Shown one piece after another: positions 11,147 through 26,100 of a stretch of 64,000 nt of DNA (positions are counted from its first letter, which is position 1; the number at the start of each line of letters is the position of its first letter). A program made the position numbers and the translations under genes. Source of the stretch: Amphiscolops sp. MND2022 (lineage: Eukaryota); assembly GCA_964187785.1 (NCBI GenBank), contig OZ076409.1, positions 99,140,001-99,204,000 on the forward strand, given 5' to 3'. Under the pieces are notes generated by a model that saw only the letters and a list, made by a program, of their open reading frames with translations, was not told the DNA's origin and ran no database searches.

Positions 11147-14100
11147 CTAAAAACCCAAACACTCAGTAAAGTAGTGATATTATTAAAAGCAACAAAGCAC
11201 CATGGAGAGAAACTCAATTCTACTGTTGCATGGAAATTCATTTTTATCAAAAATTTTTTGACCTAATTTTTTTTCTGAACCGAACCGAACCGAAAACCGA
11301 AAATTTTTGCCAGAACCGAACGGTAACCGAACCGTTTGCACGTGTTTCCATGTTTTTAAACCCATATTTCGTTCACTCAAAATACACAACTCGGTCCCTG
11401 GTTGAGTAAAAAGTGAAGGGTAGTGGCTAGTGGCCGCTAACCAACCTGGGAAGTCTTCGCGTGCATGGGCGCCTCTGGACTCCTTGCGGGCCTCGGCCGA
11501 GACCAGGGTCTGGGAGGAGAGCAGCATGAGGTTCTGCAGCTCCAGGGTCTCCACCAGGTCCGTGTTCCAGATGATTCCTCGGTCGTGCACCTTCAAGTCC
11601 GACATCCCTACAGCAGCACAACCTCACAATATCAAGTGCAAGCTCCTCACCTAACGCTGTTGACAGTGAATCAAAAGCATGCATTTGAAACTAGCACAAA
11701 GACGCAACAACAAGTATGAAAAAATTTTGGTTTAGTGCGAGACTCGAACACACAGGCTCCTGCTTCTCAGACCTCAGAAATCCGCGCTAACCTATAGGCC
11801 AAGTGGCAGTTGGAAGTTACAACTTATAACAAGCCGGGAACGGCCCAAGTCGGCGCCATATCTAAGGCTCAAAAAGACTCGAAAACGAAGACCACTTTTT
11901 CTACAACTGGAGACAACAAAAGCTCTCAAAAAACTAAAAACTGAGATGAAAAATTTCCGAATTTTTTTCCGAAATTTTTTTGAAGTTTCCGGTAAGTCGC
12001 ATAGTGCCGAAAAATGTGAAAGGGGGGACGCTTTGGGATTTTTTGAACATCCATTCTGTTGCAAAATATCAAAAATTGATGGGAGGAACAATAAAAAAAA
12101 TCGGGAAAAAATCAGTCTCACAGTGCCGAAAAAAGGAGGAAAGCCTCATAGTGTCAAAAAAAGTGGACCCTTCTGCTTTGGAATGGCTTTTTATCTCATG
12201 TTAGAGGCTTTGGATGCGTTGAAAATGAAGTACTAAGTACATATGGTAAAAGTTGGTAAATGCATTAATGCACAAAAAGTGGACGTTTCGATTTGAACTG
12301 ACGAAAAAAAACTAGCCACTGTAAGAGTCGGGATTTTCTTCGAAAACGCCGACTAAAAATGCTTTACAGAAATCTGTCAGTCGCTGGTCTTTTAAAAAGC
12401 CATTGCTATTTCCGAGTTTTTCTATCGAAAAGGCCAATTAAAAAACGAAACCCGTTAATGACTGACAGCTTCTCCGGAAGATTCGAACACATATGTCGTA
12501 GGTTACTATTTAAGCTGCTGTACGGAACCAGAGAAGTTGGAAAGAAGCTTTGCTACAGAGAGCAAAAAAGCGAGGCATCTGACAATGAATGTCAGAGAGG
12601 AAGCATAACGAGGACATTTTCCGTGCATAACTTTCAGTAATGAAAATAGACATCTGCGGGGGGCACAGTAATATTTCTGCTTTAGGCTACATTCACCATT
12701 ACTTCAATTAAAGGAAGATCAGACTTATCCGGATACGAATTTACCTGAGTTGACTGCATATAGCGCACAATTAACACCACCTACGATTCTCCCCGTGCAA
12801 AAGAAAAAACAACTAAGCGTATATGACGTTCGCATTCGTATGCAGACGAAGCTCTAGGCGTATTAATATTTAACACTCGTTCGCTTCATCTCAATGAAAG
12901 TGCTGCCTCGCTGCTACGAGAATTGCCAGTGGCTTATACAACAATTCACCTTTGGCAGAAATATTACTTGAAAATACCACGAATCAATTGGATGCGCGGT
13001 ATTGAACTGGAACATTGTAGAAAGTAGAGTATGTGTGATTGATCGAGCAAGAACCTTGGTAGCACTGCAGGATCTTGGCGACTCCCTGCTCGAGGGTCTT
13101 CTGGGTGCGGAAGACGGCCCCGTGGTTCTGCATGATCTTCTGCATCTCGCTCCTGATTACACTGGTGGGCGTGCCTCCGTTCGAGTGTCTGATCTTGTCG
13201 ATGTTGGCCACACTTTTATCCCCTGCATTCGGGTCAAAGTCCTCACATGCGTCTCCTAAACACATTGAGAACCGAGTCATACTCAAGCACATTTTCAGCA
13301 AGACTCATTTGTGTATGGGAGGAAAATCATATTCTGTGTTGCATGTTTTTCTTCCAAATTTTGCCAAATATCCACTTTTTACTCCACGCTATATCTGAAC
13401 TTTTGACGTTATATCCGAAGTAAATTGTGCTTTACTACGGAAGAAGCGGAGGTTGGCAAATATTGCGCTATATCCGAATTTTGACGTTATATCCGAAGTA
13501 AACGAAATTCTCCTCTCATCACTTAAGGGTCGATGCTAAGAGAGAGCAACTGCCATGATAACTTAGACAGAAGACAGTTGAGATTTAAATGTTCAAATCT
13601 ACCTATAATTATTGGGTAGAGAATTGATGGCAACTTGCAACTGTTCAGACTATCATAAATGCACGTAGCGTTTTTGGTCGGCGCTATTCGTGAAGCGAAA
13701 AATGTGAAGCAAAACACTTACAGGGACTTTTTCTCCAGACAACAGACCTCACACTGGAAGGTCCACTTTTTACAGAAACTACTAAACTACTAGACCGGCC
13801 AGCGGAAACGCATCTAGGTTAGTGCAGAGGGTCCCCCTTATATTTTTCCTTTTTTAACGTAACACAAAACCGAACGAGACTAAAGGATCCCCCTTTCAAT
13901 TTTTTTCGGCACCGTGGGACGTTTTTTAAAAGTTTTTTTGTCTTCCAAGGGGGCCCTTTCGATTTTACTGAAGTTCCCCTTGGTCATATTCGGAGTAAAG
14001 TGCTATAACTGAACTTTTGGCGTTATATCCGAACTATATTGCGTTTTAATGAGGAGGCGGAGGTTCGAAAACAGGAGTTTTTCATGAAAACGTCCTACGC

Positions 14101-17100
14101 ATATTTTAAAAACGGCGCTTTTTGAGCCTTGGATATAGCGCTGACTTTAGACGTTGCCGTCTTGTTAGTCGGCGCTTTTCTAGTGAAAAGTGCCCGACTA
14201 TTACAGCGGCTAGATTTTAGTCGGCGCATTTTCCTTTAAGGAAAAAAGCCCGACTATTACAGTGGCTAGTTTTTTTTTTCGTCAGACCACAGAGCTCATC
14301 GCGTATGTACCACTTTTTACAGAAACTGATAAGTTCACTCAGGCCAAGTTCGACCAATGCAAACTTACTGCAAAGGGCCACCCCTTTCGTTTTTTTACCT
14401 TTTTTACGTAACCTACAAAACCGGAAGACTCCAAAGGGTCCCCCTTTCAATTTTTTTTCGGCACTGTGCGATTTTTTTTTCGAAAATTTTTAATGTCTCA
14501 AAAGAGTCCCCCTTCGGATTTTTTGATATTTTGCAACAGAAAGTATGTTAATGAATCCCAAAGGGTCCCCCCTTTTCATTTTTCGGCACTATGCGACGTT
14601 TTTCGAAGCTTTTTTTTAAAAAAATTTTCAAAAAAATTTTCAAATTTTTATTGTCTCCAGTCGGGAAAAGTGATTTTCCAGTCATATCGAGCATGAAAGG
14701 CACACTTTGGGTGTCTCGAAAGTGTTTTCAAAGCTTTTCATGAATATATCCTGGGCATATTTAGAAAACTCTGCGCTTTTTGAGCCTTAGATTTAGCGCC
14801 GACTTTAGACGTTCCCGTCTTGTTTTTAGTCGGCGCCTTTTCCCTTATGGAAAAAATCCCGACTCTTACAGTGAGTAGTTTTTTTTTCAGTTGACAATCT
14901 CACTCTGAGTGGTCCACTTTTCTTACAATTTGTTCATCTTTCATATTTGTTCATCTTCCATCTTCGACCCAGCCGGAGAGCGTGGGTTCGATTCTCGCAC
15001 TAAACCATAAATTTTTTAATGCTTCCAAAAGTACAGGTGAGACCAAAGGGTCCCCCCTTTGGGTTTTTTTCGCCACTATGCGACTTTTTTCGAAAATTTT
15101 CGAAATTTATCAAAGCGTACCCCCTTGCATTTTTTTGAAGTTTTCGGTTTGTAGAAAACGTTGAATGAGCCTGAATGGCCTCTTTTTAAGTTTTTCGGCA
15201 TTGTGCGACTTAAAAAATACTTTTTTCAAAAAAAAATTCAAAAATATTTTTTTTGGAAAAAAAAATTTTTTCCAAATTTTTCCAATAGTTGTTCCTTGAA
15301 TATTTTTGAGCCTAAGATATGGCGCCGACTTGGGACGTTCCCGTCTTGTTCTTTTTTTCGTCAGACTATTCACTCATCGCGTATGTACCACTTTTTGTGA
15401 ATTATTCACATTTACCAAAAGTACTCAGTACTTGATTTTGAACGTATCCAAAGGCCTCTACCTTGAAATGCAAAACCCAGAAGGGTCCCCCCTTCCAATT
15501 TTTCGGCGCTATGACACTTTCCCCGCCCCTTTTTTCGGCTTTGTGAGACTTTTTTTCAAAATTTTTTAAAGTCTTCAAAGGGTCGCTCCTTCATTTTTTT
15601 TTGATATTTTGCAACAAACTGGATTTTCAAAGAGTCCCCCTATTAAAATTTTGAAAACTTTGCGCTTTTTGAGCCTTGGATATAGCGCCGACTTGAGACG
15701 TTCCCGTCTTGTTAGTGTTTTGTAGTCTTGTACCTGGTTTGGAGTCTTCGGCAATGAAGTGGGCACAGGCCCTTCCGAACACGACCAGATCGAGCAACGA
15801 GTTGGCTCCCAGTCTGTTGGCCCCATGCACACTCGCACACGCTGCCTCCCCTGCTGCATACAAGCCCTTGATGACCACATCCTCACCATTTTTGTAGTCT
15901 ATCACCTGCAAAGTCAAAACAAAAAAAACTTACTCAATGTGACTCCATCCAAGTAGTCAAAAAAATTACGACCAAATTATCAAATCGGCCAAATTACACA
16001 AAAGTAGAACAAACCGGGACCAGCCCAAGTCGGCGTCTCGCTCAAGTTTAAAAAAACTAAGTTTCTTGAATATGCAAAGAACACTGTTTTCAAATTTTTA
16101 TCAAATTATCAGTGCCGAAAAACACCCCCAAAGAATACGTATAAGACTCGGAAACCACATTTTCCTCGCTGGAAACACAAAAATATCCATTTATCGAATT
16201 TTTCAGCTCGCAAAACTACCTTTTCTCAAGCTGACATCAGCTATGGAAGCGGGAAGGTACTTTGACCAAATGAAAGTTTCGAGAAAAAAGATGCACAAAG
16301 CCGAAAATGCTTAAAGTATGGTGTATTGACAATAAAACAGGTGTTCGTTCGGTTAAGTTGAAAAAGAATTCAGGTCTCAAAAACCGAGAAAAAATCTACA
16401 GGGGGATTTTGGCTTCGAATGATTTTGTATCTAAATATCCTAAAAATCGAAAGGGGGACCCTTTTGTAACATTAAAAATCGTTATATCCGGTTTGCGTTA
16501 AATCCGGTTTGGGTTGTGTTATTGTCGAAAAGGACTCCTTAGCACTTTTACAACTCGAATATAGTATGTAGATTGCCAAAAGGGACTTTGTCAAAATTGA
16601 AGAACTTTTGCTAGAACTATTTTGGACAGATTAGGTGCATCGAAAAAAAAACTGACAAAAAGCCATAACTTTAGTCGCTCTTTCCTAAAGAAAAGCAACA
16701 GAATAACGACTTGTTGCAGCAATAAAATAGTTGCTATAGAACATAATAGCAATTTGTTGAGAAGCCCTCCCTTTCAAACTTTGACGAATTATTTGCATTT
16801 GACACTTGAGAGGTTCGACTTTTTTCATAAAAAATTCAATTTTTCAAGAGCGCTTTCAGAAGATGATTGTCTGTTCATGATTTGAAATCGACTGCCCTTG
16901 ACTGATTTTTGACGGCTTGACTGTTCTAGTTTGTTCAGGCGCCAAGCAGGCAAGACCAAAGACGGCTGGTCCCCAGGGGTATTTCTGGAGGCTGGGTGAC
17001 ACTGTTTTGCTTCACGTCATTATGCGTAGGGGTCTGTCTACATAACGTTGTGGGGCAACGTGATGTCATCTTATATGCATTTCGACATTTTAGATATTTT

Positions 17101-20100
17101 TTATTGGTCAACAGTTTCTTTCATCTACAAATTTAGAAAAATATACTTTTTAAGCCCAAAAAGTCCTTCATACGTTTTTTGCGTCAGTTGGAGAATTTTT
17201 GAAAACAGTTACTTGACGATTTGAAGTACTTGTGGTTTCTTGAGTCATGAACGGAAGACCGACCCAGCTTGTTTTCCCACTCAAGAAAACTTTCTCAGTA
17301 AACAAGCCAATAAATAATGCAGCAAAAAGATAAGGAAACCAAGACTCTGAATTTTGTCTTGATCGGGTAAATTTGAAACAGCAAACTGCTTATTCAACGT
17401 ATATCCATGCCGCCGGACGGAGAAAATTATATCACCGTTTTTTTTCAATGAAACGTCTACCTTTTCAAGTCATTCGATCGTTCAATCGAACGACCAATCA
17501 GGGTCTGGTGCAAAAAAGGTATTTTTCTAGCAGTCGCCACTTCGTAAGCTTTGCGTGACCTCAAGAGTTTTTTGCCACTAGTCCGTGGTAAATTAAGTAG
17601 GTCAAATTACTAAATGATAACTAACGAAGCCATGGCCGTTAGAGAATCGAACCTGCGACATTTGGGTCCCAAGAAGATACTTTACCAGTACTTTTCTGTT
17701 CAAATTCGTAATGTGATGTACTACTTAACATGATTCAAGTACTTACCTGTCCCTTGTAGTTGGTGGGTGTACCGCCCATGTTGTAGTGCACAGTGGGCAA
17801 AACAGGGATGGGCTCCCTTGTGACGTCAACACCTGCAAAAATGCGAGCAGTTTCGCTGATGCCCGGCAGTCGCTTCTTCAAAATGTCAGCAGGAAGGTGT
17901 GACAACTGCAAGTAGATGTGGTCTTTGTCAGGTCCAACTCCACGTCCTCAAACAACATCATCATCTGCATTTCCACAATGTTACCAGGAGCAAAATATGA
18001 CACCAGCACCAAAAACCGAATTGAAACGAAAACACTGAATCAATGTGTGCCAGGGTTGCCAGTTTTTTAAAAACAAAAAAGCGACCCAGCTGGACACCTC
18101 AACGTCAACAACAATACCGGGCGAGACTAAAGAGTTTTCGTTCAATTTTCCCCTATCAGTTTTTCCACTTTGTGAGACTTTTTTCGAAAATTTTTTCTCC
18201 AAAGGGTCCCCCTTCAATTTTTTTTGATACTTGGCGACGGAATGGACGTTGAAAAATCCAAAGGGTCCCCCTTTCAGTTTTTTCGGCATTGTGAGACTTT
18301 TCAGAAATAATCCCCAAAGGGTCCCCTTTCAATTTTTTGATGTTTTGCAACAATGGATAATAAAAAATCGGAAAGGGTCCCCTTCTCACATTTTTTGGCA
18401 CTATGGGACTGTTCAAAATTCTCATTTTTTGTCTTTTATTAAGGCTAAAATTATAAATACACAATCATCATTTTTGTTATAGAACAAACAAATAAATGTT
18501 CGTTAAAAAAGCGACCAAAAAGCGACTTTGGGAAAAAAGCGACCCAACTGGCCACCTTGACGTGTGCCAAATACAGCGTGATTCCATTCGCCAAATGGTT
18601 CTTCCTTTGTCCCTACATCAACTCTTTCCAATTTCGAAACAAAGGTAAGACACTCAACTCGAAAATGTAACGAAAAAGCTTTTAAACCAAGAAAAACTTC
18701 CTGACATGAAGAGTACTTTGACAAATGACAAATTACTCTTGAAAACGTTTTAAAATCTGAGGATAAAAACTGGAAGTTCACTCTTTAAAGCAAAAGCAAA
18801 GAAAGAGGCGTTGCTTCGTTTCTAACCAACCTTCCATTATCTCGATGGTCATGGATCGGCTGACGACATCCCTGGAGGCAAGGTCTTTGGCCGAGGGTGC
18901 GTATCTCTCCATGAAGCGCTCGCCCTCCGAGTTGAGCAGGTACCCGCCCTCCCCCCGACAGCCCTCTGTGATGAGACAACCTGCCCCGTAGATGCCCGTC
19001 GGGTGGAACTGCACGAACTCCATATCCTGCTGAGGACCCCCTGCTCGCGTGTACATCGCACAGCCGTCACCTACAAACAGGCATAGCTCATTTTTAGTCG
19101 GCGCTTTTCCAGTGAAAAAAGCCCGACTCTTACAGTGGCTAGTTTTTTTTCGTCAGACTACAATCTCACTCTGATTGGACCACTTTTCTTACAATCGAAA
19201 CTACTAAAACTACTAAGGCCATAAGGCCAAGTCCGGTCAGCGGAAATTAGTGCAAAAGGGTCCCCTTTCATTTTTAACTTTTTTAACGTAACCTACAAAA
19301 CCGGACGGGACTAAAGGGTCCCCCTTTCGATTTTTTTTTCGACATTGTGCGACTTTTTTCGAAAATTTTTTAATGTCTCAAAAAAGTCCCCCTTTCGAGT
19401 TTTTTCATATTTTGCAACAGAATATATGTTAATAAAGCCCAAAGGGTCCCCCTTTTACATTTTTCGGCACTATGCGACATTTTCTGGAAGAAAAAATATC
19501 AAAAATTTAAAGTTTTTTTTAAAGATATAGCGCCGACTTCAGACGTTCCGGTCTTGTTAGCTGCGCTAAACCGCTAGTTTCGAAATCGCTATTTCCTTCA
19601 AAAAATTTTCTTCAAACTATTGAATGTTTGAATACAAGAATGTTTTGAATATAAACGATAACCTTATTTTTGTAAAAAAACTAAGACTTTTTATACTGCA
19701 TGAAGTAAGATTTTTTATACTTCAAATGAAGCATCTTTACACATCATGTGAATCGACCAATAAAATTGAGACGCATCCTAATCATGGCGTCGCTTTAAAT
19801 TTCTAAATTGAGTGGAATAACATCACTTTAAGTGAGCTCCAGCTGCGGACGAAGGAAAACGATGCAGTTAGAATTTCAGTTCAAATGAATTAAATTCCAG
19901 TTTGAGAGAGAGAGAGAGAAGTTAATTTCCCCATTACCGCGGGGTGGACACCGAATAAGCAGTTCTGCTTTTCTAAGTCGGCGCCCTTTCGGATACTATC
20001 TCCCCATAGCAAGCTATGGTACCATATTTGCAGCCAAGTGGTCAAGTAATGGTGGACTTGAAGCTGTGGTTTCAAAGAAACTTGCTCAAGGTCACAAAGG

Positions 20101-23100
20101 TCTGACTACTCACCGTTTCTCTTTTTGTTTTGCTTTTCTCCGCCAAATGCGTTATTTTTTGTCATTGACCATACCACTAAGCTAGGGATGAAGGACTTGC
20201 TTAAGGACCAACAATGGTGAGTTGAGAGAGACTCGAACCTGATACCGCCCCAGTACAGGCCGAATGCTCTAACCACTACGCCATGCTCCTCCATGAGTGA
20301 ATCAATCGCTGAGAATATACTCTTTCTGTGAGCAGCAAGAAAGAAAATATTATCCGCGATGAGCAAGCCTTTTTTGCCATCAACAGCGGCTATGTTTGTT
20401 TTTATTCTCCAATTTTCATTAGAAGTAATTCTCTATTCATTTCAAATTGAGACCGAGTTGACTAAACTTTTGATTGGCTTCCGAACGTTTGTTGACACTT
20501 GATTAGATTCACTTGAAATATAATTTGCTTCACTTATTTTGGAATTGAATTGATTTTGTTTCAAGTCGCTTTTAATTGGCTGATTCGGTATTCAACTAAA
20601 CTGGAATGCTATTCATTTATATTAAAACTGAGGTATTATACAGTCAAACTTGGATAAAAGAAACTCATTGGGCGGTAAGAAAAGGGTTTCTTTTATCCAT
20701 AGTTTCTTTTATCAGTTGTCCTATTAACGTAGAAAGTTTAACTTGCATAAAATCGGGGGAGTGAAAACGTTTCTTATATCCGAATGTTTCTTTTATCCGT
20801 GTTTCTTTTATCCGAGTTCGACTGTATTATGAAGCAGTTCTTGTACCTGTGCATGTGTGGGCACTGGTGCATGAGAAGTAAGCCCGTCCATATCCGCCGG
20901 TTGCCAGCACAGTATTCTTGGCTTTGAACCTGTGGATGGAGCCGTCCTCGAGACAGAGCGCCACCACGCCCTTACACACGCCGTCCTCCACAATCAAGTC
21001 CAGAGCGAAGTACTCGATGAAGTAGTTGCAGTCGTAGCGGAGAGACTGTCCGTAAAGGGTATGCAACATGCTGTGGCCTAAAAACACCCCCGACCGATAT
21101 AATTATAATAATATAAATATGTTGTTATCAGTTGAATACTAGCAATATTGACTTTGTGCAAATAAGTCACGTACAAAAAATTGAAAAAAAACAGGAAAAA
21201 CATTAATTAATGTTTTGAAAACTGTTTTCCAAAAAACGAACAAATGATGTTTTCATCTGCGAGCTCAGATCTGAGCTAATGAGTTGACGCTTTCTTCGGA
21301 CTGCCTCCAGAGCCAGTTCAAAAGCTTTCACTTGTTAAACGGCGTCGGTCGAATCGCTACTTTGCAAAGGACTTTAACAAGCTTTCATTTCGATTCCAAG
21401 AGCTTCAGCCATGTCTTTGGCAAGTACTCTCTTCTACAGTACCCGCGTGAGGAAAAAAATGAAAAAAAAATCCGATTTTTTTTGGTCTTCGGTAAGTCGC
21501 ATAGTGCCGAAAAATGTAAAAGGGGGGACTTTGGGAGTTTTTGAACATCCATTCTTTTGCAAAATAGAAAAGAAAAACAGGGACCCTTTTGAGACATTAA
21601 AAAAATTGCAAAAAAAGTCTCACAATGCCGAGAAAACGTGCAAAAAATTTTTTGGTCATGGGCGGGACTCGAACCCACGTCCTTCTGCTTGGCAGACCTC
21701 AAAAAAGCATATTTTAACTATGTCAAGTGACAGTAGTCTCTATGCAGTAAGTGGAAGCCAGCTTATAAAGCTTATAAAATCTGTCACTTCGTTGGTCTTT
21801 AAAAAAAAGAAAAGTCACTACTGTACAGGGATGGTAAAATATCCGATATTTTTAAAAAAATCATTTTTCGGAATGTCACTTTCACAAATTTCAACATCAT
21901 GCTTTTTCAATCGTTCCGGAATACCCTGCATTGCACTTCTTGCGCACTGCACAGCCCACCATCCAGAATTTCCATCTTTTCGTGATTTTGCAAACTTTTC
22001 ACAAACATCGGCCGATTTATGACCAGGTGCCATGTCTATGTCTAAAAATATCAAAATCTGATATTAATTGAAAAAATATCATGATATAAATCAATGATAT
22101 ATATCTGCCATCCCTACGAAAAGCGCCGACTAAAAACCCAATAAAACATTGATGCTGGCGGCACATATAGACCACAGGCTACAAGGGAAAGGGAGTTGGT
22201 AAGCGTAACCTGTTCTGTCACTGACACAGCAACACCTGTGAGCCTGTCCCCCTCGTCCGTAGTCGTAGCTCTGCCCCCCAAAGGCCCTCTGGTAGATCTT
22301 GCCGTCCTGTGTGCGACTGAAGGGCATGCCGTAGTTCTCCAGCTCCACCACTGATTCCGGGGCCTGCTGAGTCATGTACATGATAGCGTCCTGGTCACCG
22401 AGCCAATCGGAACCTGAGGAATAGCACAAACAACCAACTTCACTACCCTGACCAGCAATGGTGTCCATATTTACGTGTACTTTAAATAATTGTTTGAAGC
22501 ATCCTATAACAAGCCGGGAACGGCCCAAGTCGGCGCCATATCCAAGGCTCAAAAATAGCAAAAGGACTTCAATATGTCAAAATATTGGTGAATTGGGACT
22601 ACTTTTATGAAAAAAAAATTTTGAAAAAAAGTCTCACAATGCCGAAAAAAACTGAAAGGGAGGACCCTTTGGGAATTTTCAACATCCATTCTGGTGCAAA
22701 ACTCCAAAAAAAACTGAAAGGGAGGACCCTTTGGGAATTTTCAACATCCATTCTGGTGCAAAACTCCAAAAAAAACTGAAAGGGAGGACCCTTTGGGAAT
22801 TTTCAACATCCATTCTGGTGCAAAACTCCAAAAAAAACTGAAAGGGAGGACCCTTTGGGATTTTTCAACATCCATTCTGTTGCAAAACTCCAAAAAAAAT
22901 TGAAGGGGGGCTTTCGTGGTGAAAAAAGTTTTTTTTGAAAAAGTCGCACAGTGCCGAAAAAATGGACCATTTGGTCTCGTCCGGTATTGTTTGTTACGCG
23001 GGAAACCTTTTTGGTTCAGTTCCTTGGGCCAACAGGTACATTTTGGCGTCTTCTGAAAATGTTGAACTTTTGGTAGAACTATTTTGGTCAGTTCAGGTGG

Positions 23101-26100
23101 TCTTTAAAAAAACACTGACGAAGAGCCATGACTATAGTCGACTTTTCTCTAAAGAAAAGCGCCGACTAAAAATCGTTTATACAGAAGAAAATCATCTAAA
23201 TGAAATCCTATAAAGGAATGCTCAAAGGAACTGTTCTGATTGGGTGGTAATTGGTTGGAAATCGGAAAAGTTGACATAGATTATCAAAAAATTCAGAAGA
23301 CGTTAGCCACCGGTTTTGCAAAAACTTAGTTCCCAAATACTGAGTGTTTTACCCGAAAACAGTACAATTTAAAAACTAATCTTTTGTGCTTGTATTTGTA
23401 GCTGTGTTGACAAAATTGAGTTAATTTCAAGAAAAATTAAGAGATTTTGCAGTTGTGGAAAATTCAAACTTTTTCACAAAAAGCGCCGCTTAGGGGGTCA
23501 GTCGCAAGCGCAGCCGGAACCTTAGTATTTTAGACGTTTGCCACTTAATTTTTTTTTGGAGTGGCAAGATTGATCAAAATTTTCCTTTTTTCCTAAACAT
23601 TGAGCAAAAAAATACGACGCTGCGAATATTTGATACTTGTTGAACTCGTAGGAATTTGAACTCATTTTATCGAGAGAGGGGAATCCACTTTGTTATTAGA
23701 TTAATTGCTGGTTCTTGCCGTTCGAACTGATGATAGTTCGATTCCGTGTTACAAGATTTAGTCGAGTGGGTAGGTTGCAGGTTGGCCAGTTTTTTTCAAC
23801 AAAAAAAAAACGACCCAACTGGCAACCTCAGCTTAACATACAATACCGTGCCGGGCGAGACTAAAGGGTCCCCAATTTCAGTTTTTTTTTGATATTTTGC
23901 AACAGAATGGATTGAAAAAAATCCCAAAGGGCCCCAACCTTTTACATTTTTCGGCACTATGAGACTGTTCAAAATTCTCATCTTTCGTTTTTTTTAAATA
24001 AGGCTAAAATTATAAATACACAATCAATATTTTTGATATACAAACAAAAACATGTTCGTAAAAAAGCGACCAAAAAGCGACTTTGGGAAAAACTGGCCAC
24101 ATCGGTGGATTGTATCCCCAGTGCCCTCATTGGAGAGAAAATGATTTGAAAGGAGGATGGACGGATGTGAGGTGTGTGTGAATGCTGTTGTCAGCAGTGT
24201 ATTATTATATACGCGTGCACACGATATACGATTATATGAAAAATTATACAAAATCCACAATTTGTTATACGGACTACATGTTATACGAAGATTCCGTTAG
24301 TATTATATAAGTTATAGGTAGAATTGCTTTTCATCCATTTTGCGTCGATTTTCCTTCCCATAATGGACTTTTGGAAGAAATTTTTGGAAATTATGAAATT
24401 CTTGTCATGAACTTCTAATGAAATGCATCCTTAATACGTTAGGCATACGGGATTCGAAAAGAGTGCTATTGACACCCCCTTTTTGAATCAATCAACACTT
24501 TCTGATAAAAATGATCCAAAAAATTGTGCTCCATACCTTTATACAAGAGGCCAATTATACGAATATACAATATACGAAACCTTTGATTTTACGATTACAC
24601 GTTATAAGAGCTACTCAGTGCTAGACAATACATTGGCTGTCAGTTGTAGAAGTACCTTTGACAGTGTCGTAGAAGTGCCATCTCCAGTCATCGGGCTCCA
24701 TGTTGCCCAAAGCTGCGTTGATGCCCCCCTGAGCGGCCACCGTGTGACTCCTGGTTGGGAACAGTTTGGTCACCACTGCAGTTCTGAAGCCCTTGCTCGC
24801 CAGTCCGAAAGCAGCCCGGAGACCAGCTCCACCTAAGCACACAGCAGCACGATATAAATTAACGAGCCCGGGTTCGAACCCAAGACATCCTGTCTGCCAC
24901 GGTGACTAAAATTTCAACATAATAAAAGGAGTAATTAAGCGAGGATTTGGCGGAATTTGTAAAAGAAAAACGCAGCGCAGATGGTGATTTTTCTCCCTCT
25001 AGACAAATGAATTTGCAAGGACGGAAAATAAAAAACATCACCACAATATAAATTACAGAATATACACTACTCTGATTAAGGAATAGTCACCATGAACGCT
25101 GAGCGTCGTTATCGACCAATCAAAATTGCTCATTCGCTCTCACTTTCAATTTTGATTGGTGTACAAGGGTGACATTTCAGGCGCAGAAGGAATCCTTTAG
25201 ACATTTTCCCAGTTTTCAGCAAGCTTTCAATTTTTTCAGAGAATTTTATAATTATCATATTCAGCAGATTGTCTAGAATCCACTGGAACATTTTTTGTGC
25301 CAGAAACATTGTGAACGAAATGATAATCGCTGTTTTTCACCGCGAAAAAATCATTTCATTTTTATTGATGCATGTAAATCGAAGAAACATTACTATGCCT
25401 AATTGTTAGTAAACGTATTAAATATAATCGGAAAAAATTGATTGACAACTCGGAGTAATATTGGCGAAATGGAAACCAGAACAAATAAAGTCTTGCCCGT
25501 CACCTCAAAAAACTACTGACACTTCATCCTCAGATGGGAACAATGATCTGCCAGCCCCAGAAACCTGGATCGAATCCCCATTGTGAGAAATGAGAATAAA
25601 CGACTGTGCTGTTTTGAGCCCCCTGACTGAAAATGACAAATACTACACGGCTGTTATCGAGAGTGCATTTGAAAAGTCTTTCCAGGAGTTACTGCCCAGT
25701 TTGGTGCTGAAAATTCAATCATCCCTGGAGCAAAGCATTCAGCCAACCCTCGAAGCTGTAGCGAAATTCTGATAGGAAATTTGGGACTCCATGACAAATG
25801 AAATGAATTGCCTGGAGAGACGAATGGACTTGAGAGTTGAATGCGAGCCGGAGCTGGTAGAGAGCTACAATCGTCGTGATAATGTCCGCATAATTGGTTT
25901 ACCCAAAGAAACAACACCTGAAGGCAATAGAACCCTCGAATTCATGCCTTTCATTAAAGTTCGACCTCTGCAGTCACGACATGTCGAGTATTTATTGGCT
26001 CAAGATATTTACATTTGCATTGAGATAGAGGAGCATTTAATGCGCAGATTTTTAATGCTAGTTGTTTAAACATTTTGATGCTTTATCAAAAAAATCGCAA

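Noticed and set aside
20215..20292. Functional tRNA gene
   Set aside because: A and B boxes are present but I see no proper acceptor or anticodon stems, and it continues into a SINE body and tail.
1920..23981. Many short K/F/G-rich ORFs ([18 protein letters not shown])
   Set aside because: Translations of the non-coding HINE-like family.
25114..25160. Hairpin ACCAATCAAAATTG...CAATTTTGATTGGT as an ncRNA
   Set aside because: A single short palindrome, more simply part of a repeat upstream of the LINE remnant; no other support.
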